DNA of 64,000 nucleotides from Lama glama (GCA_028534125.1 CM052816.1:72294001-72358000), one strand, 5' to 3'. Positions 28,096 through 40,974 are shown, counted from the stretch's first letter. Translations and numbers: made by a program. The notes: a model not told the origin generated them from the sequence alone.

Positions 28096-29859
28096 TCTTT
28101 CTTCCTCAACAAGCCTTATGATAAAGACAGTGTCAAAGCAGGTGTGGCCATGTTTAATTCACTATGCAGGGAAAGATCAAAGAAAGCTGTTCAGGGAAGG
28201 TAGTAATAAACCGGTTTTAAAGGATATGGAACATTTGAAAAAAAACGGACTGGGAATAAGTCTAAAAAATATTAAATATGAAACAGTAGTAATGGGGAAA
28301 GGACTTTCAAAATGTTTAGCAAAACAAGAATGATATTTCTTTCTCAATTTGTTTTGCTCTAACAACAAAAGCAAAGTGGAAAGTAGCCTCAATGTGGCAA
28401 GTCACTTTTTCCTGTTCATAAACTCATTGATTTAACTGCGAAGATAATTTTTCTTTAAATGAGGTCAGCTCATTTGAAGAAAGGTGAATTTGAGCTTAAG
28501 TATTTTGTAGGACTAATTGGGGAAGGTCAGAATTCATTTTGTTTTGAGAAGTGCTTACTGTTAAAACTCTCCAAAGGTACAGGGAAATGTCTGTAGTCAG
28601 TTCTGAGACAGGATACAGGGCAGTGAGATAGGGGTGCGATTTAGCAACCAGTGATCTGGCAATTTGGGTTTAGCAAGTCTGCTCAAGTTCCTAAGAGGGT
28701 CATGATGTAAAATATTTAGTCCTTCAAGGTCTGTCATAAGGCTTTGTTCACAACGGCTTAATCATTATAACTGTAATTTTCTGACCGAGAAGAGGCTCTG
28801 TAGATCTGTAGTTCATAGATAAATACGTGTCTACTGTGTGTATATTCCTGTGTTCCTTGCAGTACATGCATTAAACACAGTACCTAGCACTTGGTAGATA
28901 CTTACTGCTTAACAAATTGTCTTACTCATATTCTCTGAAAACAAATTTAAATAATCTACTTTTCCCCCAAAGTATTGCCTATGTAATATTAAACTGGAAA
29001 CAGTAATATTTTTTATAATAACACACCAATTAAACTTAACCATTAGTCATTAAAATTAATCTATTAATCATAGCTCTTGTTTGGCACTTCAATTTTCAAA
29101 ATTTATATATATTTTCTTTAAATCTTTTTTGAAATTGATTTATTTTGAATTTATCACTATCAAACTTGGGAGAGGGAATGAAGCTCATGAGAAATATTTA
29201 CTTTAAAAAATGTCTTTTAATGTGTTATCCTGGAGAATCATCACATCTTACTACTCGTTTATGTTGTAATGTAGATTCCTCCTCCCACTCCGATAAAGTA
29301 ATAGCTTTTAGTTGTTTTATTTTATTTGGCCAGGAGCACTGAAAATTCCAAGCTACAGTAAGTAAGGGAGAGCATTTTCTTAAACAACGTTAGAGTTTGC
29401 CGAAGGTGAAAAGGTGTGTGCATTTTACACAGTATCTACTTTCAAGGTTGTTTCTTGAGCTCTATAAGTGTCTTAACAAAACCTGTTAGGCTAAGCTAAC
29501 AAAAGGAAACAAATAACAGATACACGGTGGGGCCCTGGGACCCTGAAACCTTAATCTAGAGAGAACCGGTTAAGCCTTCAGAGACTGGAGGGGAGGGTGT
29601 GTGCGATTGGTACGCAGAGCAAAGCCAGATTAACCCAGGATGCCAGGCAGCTGGGTAGCGCCCTCCACCAGCGCAAACCTAAGCCTCCTTAATAACCCAG
29701 GGATTGAAGGGGGGATCTAAAAAGTGTTCTCCATCCTCTCATCTGTCCCACCAAAGTAAATAAGTGAACCCTGCTTCAGATGAACTGCAAAGGACAGCCT
29801 GCAGATAGATATATAGATATTAGGAGTTTCAACCTCTCCCCCAGGAAATGGTCTAGGCG

Positions 29860-30600
29860 TCAACTGCCCGGCGTCTTTAGCAATCTTCCTCCCTGACCTG
29901 GCGGGAGGACGCTGGCGGGAGAGGATGAGGCGAGGAGGTGGCCACCGAACATCCGGGCGCGCTTGCGGCGGGCTGCGCGCTGCATAATTTGATGGCGGGC
30001 CGGACGTAGTTCTGGGTCGGCAGCGGTTGGGCGCTGTTGAGTGTCTCGGGGGAGGAGGGCAAGGCGGACGGCCCCTCCCACTCTGCCTTTTCTCGAGTGT
30101 CCTGACCCCGGGCTTGGCAGCCGGCGCCTGGCCTCCGGGGTGTGCGCAGCGACCCTGGGAACCGACTGTGGTGCGTAAGGACCGCAGCGGACCTGCGGGC
30201 GCCATGCGCGCCCTCCCCGGCCTCATGCGGCCCCGGGCGCCGCTCCTGCCGCTGCTCCTCCTGTGTCTTCTCGCTGCAGCGCGCCCGAGCTTGGCGGACG
30301 GCCATCCCTCAGGTGTGATGGATGCTGGGCCGAGGAGGGGGAGGAGAGCGCGCGGGGATTGCAGGGGAGAGGCGCGGGGATGCTGGAGACCGCGGGTGGG
30401 GAGCGGCGGCCGCCTCCGCCCACTGGCCACTCTTGGGTTATCTAAGATGGATGAGAGACCCGGGCGGCGCGGGCTCCTCCGCTCCAAGGCGTGAATCTGG
30501 AAGCAACAGCGCCCCGCAAGTCTGGGGCGTGGGTAGTAGGACAGTGTCTGGGTGTTCCTAGGAAGAGGGCGTAAAGGTGCGGGTGGGAGCAAGGCAGCGA
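29860..30600 (+). promoter_or_regulatory. EMB: CpG-island promoter and 5' UTR of EMB
   Basis: Sharp rise in GC and CpG density against an AT-rich, CpG-depleted background, spanning exon 1. Boundaries approximate. Confidence 0.9.
30204..30312 (+). CDS. EMB: Embigin coding exon 1 (signal peptide; MRALPGLMRPRAPLLPLLLLCLLAAARPSLADGHPS)
   Basis: GCCATGC start inside a CpG island, Leu-rich signal peptide similar to the recalled human EMB N-terminus (MRALPGLL...CLLAAARPSSADG), donor CAG|GTGTGA, phase 1, 109 nt. Confidence 0.95.
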
Positions 30601-33099
30601 CTTGGCCTCTGCTTAAGTGGCAGGATTTATGAAAGCCACATTTCCCAAGGCCAGCTCTCTTCACTTCAGTTGATAGCGAGGCTTAAATATCACCTCTTGG
30701 CAGGTGGGTTGGCTTTGAGGATGTTTTTTAGAGCTAAGTTGAAACAGCAGAACCAACCAACCAAAGCTCCACGATTGAAGGATAAAGTGTGTGTGTATCT
30801 TTTTTTACACCACGGTCTCTGAAAACGGGGAGAGAGAGATTTTATTTATTTAACTTTGAAAGGGGGATTTATGTGCGAAGCATTACCAAACCAACACCAA
30901 ATTTGCCATTTTAGCTTTACTTCCTTATAATTCCTTTTTGTAATGAAAGTATTCCATCTAACCTACTTTCTAATGCAAGTTCTTGTGTTTTAAATTTAAA
31001 AGTATTAGCAGCTAATTAGGAAAATTGATCACTTCTCAAGCTGGCAAATACTACCCATCAGTAACTAAAATCAGGATATCATTCTTCACAAGGTTTTCAG
31101 CTTTTCATAGGAATTCAATTTTATGAGCTTATAGCATGTAGGTTGTTTTTTTTTTTTGCAACGTACTTTAAAGATGGAAAGATAATCAAAGAATAGGATT
31201 ATTCATTTTTAAATAAATGTCCTTTAAAAGGCCTAGTTGTTAACAACTTGGACAAAACATTTTGGGTTGCCTCAGTTTCTAAACTTTCTCACTCCACTTT
31301 CTCACCACCTTTCTCTTCTTCATTCATGCCACTTACAAAGAATGATCAAGGACTTTTTTTCACCTTGAGGCTATCCCGGATTCACCCTATCATTCACCCT
31401 AGAATCTTGCAGTTCTGAGGACCCCTGTATTAGAGATGTGCCCTAGAACTTTGGTTCTTGACTTGGCTGTATGTTACCAGTGAGCTTGAAAAATACTTAT
31501 ACATGGATCCTGCCCTCAAAAATTCTGATTTCATTGGCCTGGGATTCAGACTGGATGTGGAGTTTTAAGTGCTCCCATATGATTTTAATCATGTGATCCT
31601 AAGCAGGTTGAAAACCATTGCTTTAAAATGATATGGCCTGGAGAGTGCACTGTTGGGTAGGTATGTATTGGTATCAGGGAGTCAGGTTTAGATTGACACT
31701 TAGAGCAGACTTATACACAAAAAGAAAAGAAAAGAAAACAAGTGAAGGTGGAATGAATTAACAGATAAAGTTGTAAATAAACAGAATGACATCTATGCAT
31801 GTGTGGCAAATGTCTGTGAAAGTATGCAGTGTAAGAGCTGTCCTTTTAGCTCCACTTAAGCTAAAATTATGGAATAATGTGATATATAAAGGCATGATGT
31901 TAGCATCTGATTTTAAGGTAGAATTAAAAATTGTGAGGCAACCTCAGTTCATTTTATAGTTGCTGTATTGATCTCTGTGAGATTCAGTTTCCTCTTTGCC
32001 AAAGGCCATTGTGAAGTTTACTGGCTATTTTTATCTAGATGCTTCTGAATTCCTTGGACATAGGTGTTCTATAGACCTAAAATTTGGGGCCAAATGTTAA
32101 TAACAAAAATGGTTATCACTTTATTAATAAATTTATCCTATTTACTGTATAACAAATACTGTATCATATTTACTACATAATGTGCCAGGCATTGCACTAT
32201 GTAGTTTGTAGGCCTGTGGGTTAGCTTTTATTATCCCTGACATTCAGATGAGGAAATTGGAATTTAGGTAGGCTAAAAAATTGCCCAAGTATACATAATT
32301 AGTGAAGCAGTAGAGCAGGAAATTTAGCTTTGTTCAATTCGACTTCTAAGCCTGTTTTCTTAAACACAATACTTAGTTGTCTCTCTGAGGTAAGTGAAAG
32401 TTTGGAATCACTGACAGGGAGCAGAGTATGTGAATACAAATGCTTGATTTGGGGTGAAGGGCTTGCTGACTCAGTTTGAGTCTTGGAATAGAGTTTGGCA
32501 CAAAGACTCACCTTAACTCTTTTAGGCTGTTTTAACTGAGTAGGAAATGTAAAATATCTTCATAAAGGAGATATGCTACATAAATGGGAATATTTAAACA
32601 TTATTATTATCCTTTTATGGGTGAATAAACTGAAGGAATGGGTCATGCTTATTTTTTGAAAAATATTGTAGGGGAGTCATTTGAAATGATCATTTTTAAC
32701 TCTTCCAGAGAACAGTGCTTATATGCTTCCTTGATTGGCTTCCTTCATTTCTAGAGACACCACCCCCAACACACAGAAACTGTCCAGTAATAAACATTTG
32801 TTGGAACAAATATCATTCAAGCACCTACATGTGCCTGACATTGTGTTAATCTATATCTAAGTATAAAACTTTAGCAGTTTTTAGCTTTCAAGAAGTTTAA
32901 ACTTTAAAGGAACAGATTAAATATAAGCCTATGTTTAATAGGGTTGTATCTGATGCATCAAAATGTTGACCCTAAATTATCATCACATGGAAAATTACAT
33001 TATATATGCACATTTGTTAAGACTTAGTTCAACTGGTTTTTCCTCTTCCTGGTCTTTTGCCCCACCTCTGATCTCCATCTCTTCCCTTTTGGGAATGAG

Positions 33100-34740
33100 C
33101 CCTATAGCTATTAGATGGAAGAATGCAGAGAGGCATTTCCCCTGTTAGATCAGAGAATTGGAGGCTGAGTCGCGTCAGGATGGCATCCAGGTAGGAGAAC
33201 AGCCCTGTGTAGAGTGTTAGAATCTGAGCACAGTGAGGTAGGTGCTTCTGCAGAGAGGCGTGGCCTGGCGCCCAGCCTCAAAGCTAAGCAGAGTGACAAG
33301 GGCTTCTATCCAGGGGTGACATGCAGTGTCTGATCCTGATCACAGGATGGAGGTAAAGCATACAGGAGGGCAGGCAGTTCAGGATGCCGGAGTCTGAGTG
33401 GGTGAAAAGACATCTCTTTGGGACCAAGAGTAGCAATGAGAGATTAGTTATATATGGGGGGATTGAGCAAATAAGTAAAGCTAGTAAGGATAACTGAATC
33501 CAGGTTTTTCTCTAGAGAAGAAGGAAATAAAGAAATGGGGAAAACTAGAATGAACCTTGTGGTGTTGGATTGCAGTTGGCAGCCTTAGTGTGATTTCCTG
33601 ACTTTAAATATCTATCTGTATATCCATGTCTTATGTCTATGTCTTGATAAATAGATGCAGATATTGACATATGTGTGTAAATATATGTATAATGCATAAT
33701 GTCATTATATTTACAGTTGACCCTTGAACAACACAAAGGTTAATCTGTGTATAATTTATAGTCAACTCTCTGTATTAGTGTAGTTCCTCTTAGAGTCAAC
33801 CAACCATGGACAATGTAGTAATGTGGTATTTACTATTAAAAAAAATCTGAGTATAAGTGGACCCTTGAAGTTCAAACCCAAGTTGTTTAAGAGTCAACTA
33901 TATATATGTATGTATATTATACCCATTATATATTTGTTGTGTGTGTGTGTGTATGAATATCCACGCATGTATTCTTAGCTCTATCCACTGAGATGGAGCA
34001 GAGGTTTCTCAACACTGATAAGAATATTTAGACCCAAATCTTGATCCTTAACACCATTTTTTACTAATAGTAACTAGGACTTCTTGTAGAAATGGCTGAT
34101 TTCAGGACTGGAGCTGGGAAAGGACAAGATAAGCCTGGAACATTTCGTGCCAGAAGGCAGTGACGTGTTCAGACAATGAGGGGTGATGTCAAAAGGATAC
34201 AGAAAACCATAGTAAAAGGGCTCCCACTGAGAACAAATCTGAGTCAAATTGAGAATCACAATAAATAATGGTACTAAGGGACTAGTATCCACTAATATCT
34301 ACTGAATAATACCATTGAATAATATAGGTACTCATGAGAACATACTAAACTAAATTAATTAGATGAATCAATTGAAAGTTTGATGAGGCACAAAATATTA
34401 CATGGTTTCAAGGTAACTTCCCACAAAATCATATTAATGACAAGGGAAAAGAATAACTTTACAGTGGCAAAGCCTGGTAGATGCCACTTTAATCAAATGA
34501 TCAAAGTGAAAATCATCAGGAAAGAGAGAAATAAAAATTGTGTGTCATATGATAGGATGCAGTGAGAAGACCACACCACCTCTGTGATATTTCTGCCAAA
34601 GGTGTCTACTCCAAATCCAACTGTATTACAACGTCATCAGGTCAGCAGCTTATTCTCCAGTGGTTCAGGGGAAACATTCTTTATTCTGTACTTGAAGCTT
34701 TTCTGTTAGTTTGAGATTGCTTGAAAAGAAGCAAAAAGAA
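33100..34740 (+). mobile_element. L1MC-type 3' region fragments in EMB intron 1
   Basis: tagaaatggctgatttcaggactggagctggg, gaataactttacagtggcaaagcctgg, ttctgtacttgaagcttttctg motifs. Confidence 0.6.
33714..33900. mobile_element. Tigger2/MER8-like Tc1-mariner non-autonomous DNA transposon
   Basis: TIRs cagttgacccttgaacaac / gttgtttaagagtcaacta, TA on both flanks. Confidence 0.85.
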
Positions 34741-35611
34741 TTTCAACTCTTTCTGAGAAAGCCTGAGTTAACACAGACAAACCACAAGGATAGCTGAGAA
34801 ATAGTCATCAGTTTATGTAATTAGGTACCATTTTCCAAAGAAGAATTTGTCCTCAACAGAGACATTATGAGTGTGGAGACTGTTTGTCCTAGATGGTAAT
34901 CTTTTCAAGTTACGTTTATGTAGCTGGCCTCACATATTTCCCAATATTATGTGAACCTTAGAAATAAACAACTTAGGACACACACATTGACGTAGAAGAG
35001 AAAAACCTCATGATGTTTTATTTAATATAAACTCTCTACTCCTAATAAAACATAGTCATTATTCAGGTACAATAAAATATCTCAAATAATATGTTGTTAG
35101 CATAGAAATAATAGATGTTATCTTTAAAAATGGGATTTCTCTTTTAATTGAAAATAACACTTTTTTTTCTGGCACTGTTAAAGTTATTGTGGTTATATCA
35201 TTACTAATGTATCCCTACTTCCAAGATAGAGTCTTTTTATTATTATACCTTATAATTACACAGTTCTGAGGTCCCGAAGGGGAATTTAGATGTCTCATAT
35301 GATTGATCTTGAAGTCCAGAGTGCTTTATGATATTGCCAAGAGACTGGAGCTAGCTAATAGCTATAACTTGTTTCCTGCTTTGCATTTCAAAACTCCGTC
35401 CAGCACTTGGTGCCTCTTCATAAAATGTCCTCAAAAAAGGCCCCAGGAGGATGTGGTTGGCAAAGAAGGGATGCAAGAAATTTTCATGTGTTAAAATATA
35501 TGTACCTAAACTATGTAAAACAAGACCTCGGGGCCACAGGGCCATTTTGAAGCTTATTAAAAATCATCACATTGAAGAATCAGGGTTGAAGATGTATCTG
35601 TTTTGAAATCA

Positions 35612-36298
35612 GAATTTCTCAACCTTGGCAATAGTACATTTGGGGCTGGATAATTCTCTGTTGTAGAATGTTTAGTAGCATCCCTGGCCTCCGCCTTTGT
35701 AGTGGGTGAATTTGTGTCCCAGCCCTCCTCCCCCCAAAGATATTCAGGTCCTGACCATTGGTACCTGTGAAAATGACCTTATTTTCGAGTAGGATCTTTG
35801 CAGATGTAATCAAGGTAAAATGAGGTCATACTACATTAAGATAGACCCTTAACCCAATGACTGTGGTCTTTATGAAAGAAGAGAGAGGGAGATACGGATA
35901 CAGAAACCAAATACACAGAGGGAAGATGGCCATGTAAAGATGGAGCCAGAGATTGGAGTGATGCAGCCAGAAGCCAAGGAATGCCAAGGATTGCTGGCAA
36001 CCACCAGAAGCTAAGAAGAGGCAAGGAGGAATTCTTACCTAGCACCTTCAGACGAAGCAAGGCCCTGGACCTGGATTTCAGGTGTCTAGCCTCTAGAACT
36101 ATGTGAGAATAAACTGCTGATGAAGCCACCATATTTATGGTAATTTGGTATGACAACCCTAGGAAACTAATATAACCTAGTAGATACAAGTAGTAACACC
36201 CAAATTGTGACAACCTGAATGTCTCCAGACATTGCTAAATATCCCCTGAGCAAGGTGTTGGGGGGGTGGGCAGAATCACCCTTAGTTGAGAACCACTG
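35612..36298. mobile_element. MER20 hAT element split by an MLT1 LTR insertion
   Basis: tttctcaaccttggca...agcatccctggcctc on the left, tgtgacaacc...tgtctccagacattgc...gttgagaaccactg on the right. Confidence 0.8.
35698..36174 (+). mobile_element. MaLR solo LTR (MLT1C-like)
   Basis: tgtagtgggtgaat...ctttgcagatgtaat...gccaaggaatgccaaggattgctggcaaccaccagaagct...ggaaactaata. Confidence 0.88.
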
Positions 36299-38979
36299 AG
36301 CAAAATCTCAATCTTATCAAAGAATAACCTAGTGGATGAAACATTAAAAAAACACAACCCAAACCAGAAAAACCCTACAGTCTCTAGAAAAAGCAGATAT
36401 CCTGTCAAACTTTTGGGTTTTTATGTTTTTAAGAATTTTATTTGGCATAAGTTTCATTGTTAAAATATCTTAATGACCCATGTAGAGGTAGTCTGAAGCA
36501 TCATTCCATGCTGCCCTTCAAAATACATTCTATTGAAAAAATCGTATTTTAAAAAAGTTCAATTTATTTGTATTTCTATATGACCAAATTTAAAAAAATA
36601 GTTTAACAAGGCTGTGTAAAAGTGCACATTACTTTTGTCATTAGGCTTTTTAATTGTTCTTTAATTTTTTTTAAGCTAGTCTGAAAATGGCCTTCTTGTC
36701 CAGTAGTTCCCATACTATGTAAAAAAGTGAGTTCCCTATCTGGACTATTATCTGTCCCTGACTTAGATTATAAATGTTCCCATCAAGAATTTATTTTCTT
36801 GCCAAACCTTCTTTTCTCTTTTCTTCTTTTCTTGACAAACTCTCTCTGGGGTATAGTGTCTAGGAAGCAAGGTGGCCTTATCCCTCTCCCCTCTTTTTCC
36901 TACTACTGCAGTTATGGACAGGGGATAGGAATACTATATTCCAAGAACCAAGAGATAGGACTCTAAATGCACTGTTTATAAGCAATAATGGCAATTACAT
37001 ATTTTAATGCTATAGTTCAGCTATATTATGGCTTAAGTGGCTTTTACAATTTGGCATGGGATCTCATGCCAAATATAATATATAGTATAGTTTCTATGAG
37101 GAAATACATTCTGAGTTTCAAACCTTCTGTTTATAAATAGTATATATTATCCACTCTTAGGTTATTGTGTTTCTGTAATTGGGTTGTACATTTATAATGC
37201 TATATATCAGAATGCTAAAATTAAGATTTACTAAAATAATTTCCATCCTACTAATAGCTTTTTCTTACATCTTTCTCTAAATGAAGTCCAGACTCTGCCA
37301 AGATTTTAAAACATGGATTTTTTTTGGAGTGGGGGGAGGTGTAGAGGTATAGTCAAACTTATTTTCTGATTTAAGTAAAAGCAAATGTTAAAACCTGATG
37401 CAGTTTTCTAGTGTTACTTATCTTCTTTTTTAGTTTCCAGTTTACTTCAATTAAGTAGGGCCCTAAAGTTAAATATGTGAAAATGTTACCTTAATATTAA
37501 AGTAGAAATTATAGCATGTTTATTTCATTTAAAATGTTAATAGCATAAATTATAAACCTTTCTAGCAATGCCTATTTTAAAATGTAATCTGTGAAAGATA
37601 TCTGAGTAGAGACCATGTTGCAATATCACACAAAATAATAGGTGAAAATTAGAATGTTACTCAATTCTTTGACCCAACACCTCATGCCCCATTTCCCATG
37701 TAGAGGGAGAAAAACAAATCTTACTACTGGTGCTACTCTCTTATGTTGGCATTTTTGGCCACCACCTGTTAAAGAATGCCGAGTGGAATGATTCAGCCAT
37801 GATAAAGAGAGGGGTGAGTGTGATAACCTGAGGAACCCATGTTACCATCTTGGCACCATCACTCAGTGGTATCCAGCTTCTCTGACCCTCCTTTCTTTCT
37901 CTGTGAAATGAAACCCCAACTAACAAGTCAGTGGCAGAACTTGGATCAGGATGCAAATTCCTGCCTCTCCATTTTGTACCTCTTTTTGTGACTCAGCCTG
38001 ATCCTTTCAGGGAAGTATTCAAACCACATCTGCCTGAACCTCCTGCCAATTTCCTTTGAAACACCGAAGTCAGCTGAATCAGCCCCCGGCCAGCTGCCCT
38101 CCTACTGAAAGCAATAAGGTTTACATTCTCACTTTTTTGATTGAAAAAAAATCTTGGTTAAACAAAGAACTTCTCACTTTTACTATTCTTACACTCTCTG
38201 CAGACTGCCCTGCTCGTGTACTCAAGATGTCTGTATATGTCATCTCTTAACCGGAATGCTTCCCTAAGGCAAAAATCACAACAGCTACACATGCCCTTTA
38301 GCATCTGGGGCTTGTTCAGTAGGATCTGGAGCTTGATCAAGGCGAATGCTTTGAAGGCGTTATGAAATTAGGATACAGGTGGTGGCTGGTTTATGGATAT
38401 CTGATTGTATTTTTAATATATGAGCTGGCAATTGGAAGTGGTCACAACAGCTAGCATATTCTGGAACTACCCAAACTTCCCTACTCTTGAAGCTTGGGTT
38501 TTCCTTTTCCTCCTATTCCTTCAACTTTTAGAAGCTTAGATTTTGCCCCAGCCAAGCCTAGCCCCCTTTTCTCTCCTTGTTCTAATTCAGGTCCTAGGTG
38601 GGCCCGTCCAGCCATGTCCTGATGATGAATTTTTCTCCTTGGTGTTATCTCCATCTCTATTTCACCCTCAGAGTCCCTCAGAGATACAGATCATGCTTCC
38701 TACTCTGTAGCTCACATGCCAACTTGTATATGATACACAGGCTTGTTATAGTCAATACTATGAATGGGTGTTACTCTGAAATTTTAATGACTCTCAGTCA
38801 CAAACTGTGGGCCTAAACCAGTATTTTTAGGATCCATGCAGCCTTCCAAGAACCAAGTTTACTCAGCTTCATATTATCAGCATCAAGCGTGTATGCTCTA
38901 AATATTCACTAATTTAAGTAAAATAAGAACCAGGACAGCATTTTCCCTAGCTTATGTCACTCTTACTGTTGCTGATACA

Positions 38980-39023
38980 AATAATAATAATAATAATAAT
39001 AATAATAATTAATAATAATAATA
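38980..39023. repeat. (AAT)n microsatellite, interrupted
   Basis: Directly visible. Confidence 0.93.
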
Positions 39024-39377
39024 AAAAAATGTCAGACCATCTCAAAAGGGTTATGGGCTTGTTTCAGAGATAAACACTGTGGTGAGGACCTTCAGGACAG
39101 CATTCTGCTCTCGGAGGTCAGGCCAAAAGAAAAGGTCTCCCTAGCAAAGAAAGCAAAGATATCACAGCTTATGTTTGTAAGCATCACAGAACAGATGAGA
39201 GAGTAGAACCGTTCTTTCCTTCCCATCTGCACCCTCCTGACGTCCTATCCAGAAGGGAACAGCACCTGCCTTGATCTTCCGGAGGTATTTTCTCTTTAAT
39301 ACAACCTCTAAGTGAGCTATGCTCAAGAAAAGAAAAAAGAAAAAAAAGAATTTTCATGTTGATAGGGGCCTTTCTGG

Positions 39378-39381
<4 letters not shown>

Positions 39382-39441
<60 letters not shown>
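39382..39441. repeat. Perfect (GT)30 microsatellite
   Basis: Directly visible. Confidence 0.97.
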
Positions 39442-39443
<2 letters not shown>

Positions 39444-40088
39444 CACAGAGAGTGACAGAGAAAGAATATGAATGAATGAATGAATGATCGGTGTGGGTGA
39501 AGGAGGTTTTTTATTCCTGTCAGCCCAGTGAGAAACTCACGGCATGTTATTCTAAATAATCACTGCCTGACGGTAGTATGATTTAGGTATATTATTTATT
39601 TCAGGATTATTTTATGGGAAAGTACATCCCACCTTTCAGGGCTGTATCAGAAGTGGTCAAATGTTTGGAACATGACTTAACTGGAAAAGTAGGTTCTGTG
39701 AAGTAGATTTTTTTTTTATTGGGCTCTATTGTAAAAGCTGTGTATAAGCTGAAGCAACAAAATGATCACTAGCTTTGATAACACTTTTCATATATATAAG
39801 AAAAGGAAAGAACTAGAAATCTAATCTTGCACTAGGAATAACTTTCAGAGCAGAGTATTAAAAATGTGGAATAAAAAGGCCCAGGTTTAATTTAAAGTGA
39901 ATGAAAAGATTTAAGAATGCAGCCAAGTTTACAATAATGAGCCCTTCTCCTTCTCTGACTTGTTTGGTAGAGTTGGGGTAGTTTTAGTGGCAAGTAAGGT
40001 CTGTGTCCTAATGTCAAAGAAACAGTAGCTAGTGTTAAAAAAGGAAGCTTTGAGGAGAGTGAGACAGGTGGAAATGGAAACCTTGTTT

Positions 40089-40230
40089 TTTTTAATTTTT
40101 TTTTAATTTTTGTTTTGTGGTGGGAGGCAATTAGGCTAATTTATTTTTTTAATGGAGGTACTGGGGATTGAACCCAGGACCTCAGGCATGCTAGGCATGC
40201 ACTCTACCACTGAGCTATTCCCTCCCTTTT
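40089..40230 (-). mobile_element. tRNA-Ala-derived camelid SINE (vic-1-like) in EMB intron 1
   Basis: Same consensus, perfect 12-bp TSD gaaaccttgttt at 40077-40088 and 40231-40242. Confidence 0.92.
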
Positions 40231-40842
40231 GAAACCTTGTTTCTTTGATGAAAGTTTTTGAAAGAAGAGATAAGAGCAGAAGAAAACCAAAAGTCGGTTT
40301 GGTAGAGGGCATACTGGACTGTCACCCTAGCTGAAAAACAAAGTGCAGTGCAGACTCACTGGGCATCCATTTTTAATCTCTGTCCTCTGCTGCCCAGCCC
40401 TCTCTCTTCTGTTCCTTTTTTATGCCCTTTATTGTGGTCTCTCTGTCCCTATTTGTCCTCTTATGCTCTCTGCCTTTTTTGTCTTTCTTTTTTTCTGGCA
40501 CTCTTATTTAATTCCTTAATGTCTTCATTTATGTTTTATAAAGAAACTACAAATTACAGGATAAGAAAAGGAAAGTGCTTTATTTTAAGCCACTTGATGT
40601 AAATCAATAGAAATTTTTCAATAAAAAAAGAGCATAGGAAAAATTGGAAATTTTGTCACATTTAATAGCCCAATGTATTTCCGAATGTCAGTGGAGCATA
40701 TAAGACCTAGTTAATTAGAGCTTTCTGAAAATATTATTTCTCATCAATAGATAACAGTGTACCACATTAGCTGTTGTGAACTAGCTTTCAGACAGTCATT
40801 TAATCTTAGTAATAATATATTCATGTGCTCTTTTTCTTACAG

Positions 40843-40932
40843 CTTCACCTTTTACAACTCCACCTGTCCGTGAAGAAACGATGACAAAATATTCTAACCT
40901 TTCTTTGGAGAGTCATAACATATCACTGACTG
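40843..40932 (+). CDS. EMB: Embigin coding exon 2 (ASPFTTPPVREETMTKYSNLSLESHNISLT)
   Basis: Acceptor tttttcttacag, donor CTG|GTAAAT, 90 nt, phase 1-1, matches recalled EMB SPFTSPPLREE...SLESHNISLT. Confidence 0.95.
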
Positions 40933-40974
40933 GTAAATGTATTGTGTTTCAAATAATACAATGCCCAGATAATT

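Noticed and set aside
1..29700. Second protein-coding gene upstream of EMB
   Set aside because: No coherent exon chain or recognisable non-transposon peptide. All ORFs are short, and those I can place fall in repeats
30000..30020. ACTAC motif (ggacgtagttc) as a ZNF143/THAP11 site
   Set aside because: The following bases do not fit ACTAYRNNNCCCR
29717..30664. 315-aa minus-strand ORF (and 142-aa ORF 29877..30305) across the promoter
   Set aside because: Pro/Arg/Ala/Gly low-complexity product expected from a stop-poor CpG island antisense to exon 1, with no recognisable domain
40150..40227. tRNA-Ala-like sequence (also at the other three SINE copies)
   Set aside because: Carries the SINE 3' segment, A-rich tail and TSD with mismatched stems, so it is a SINE head and not a tRNA gene
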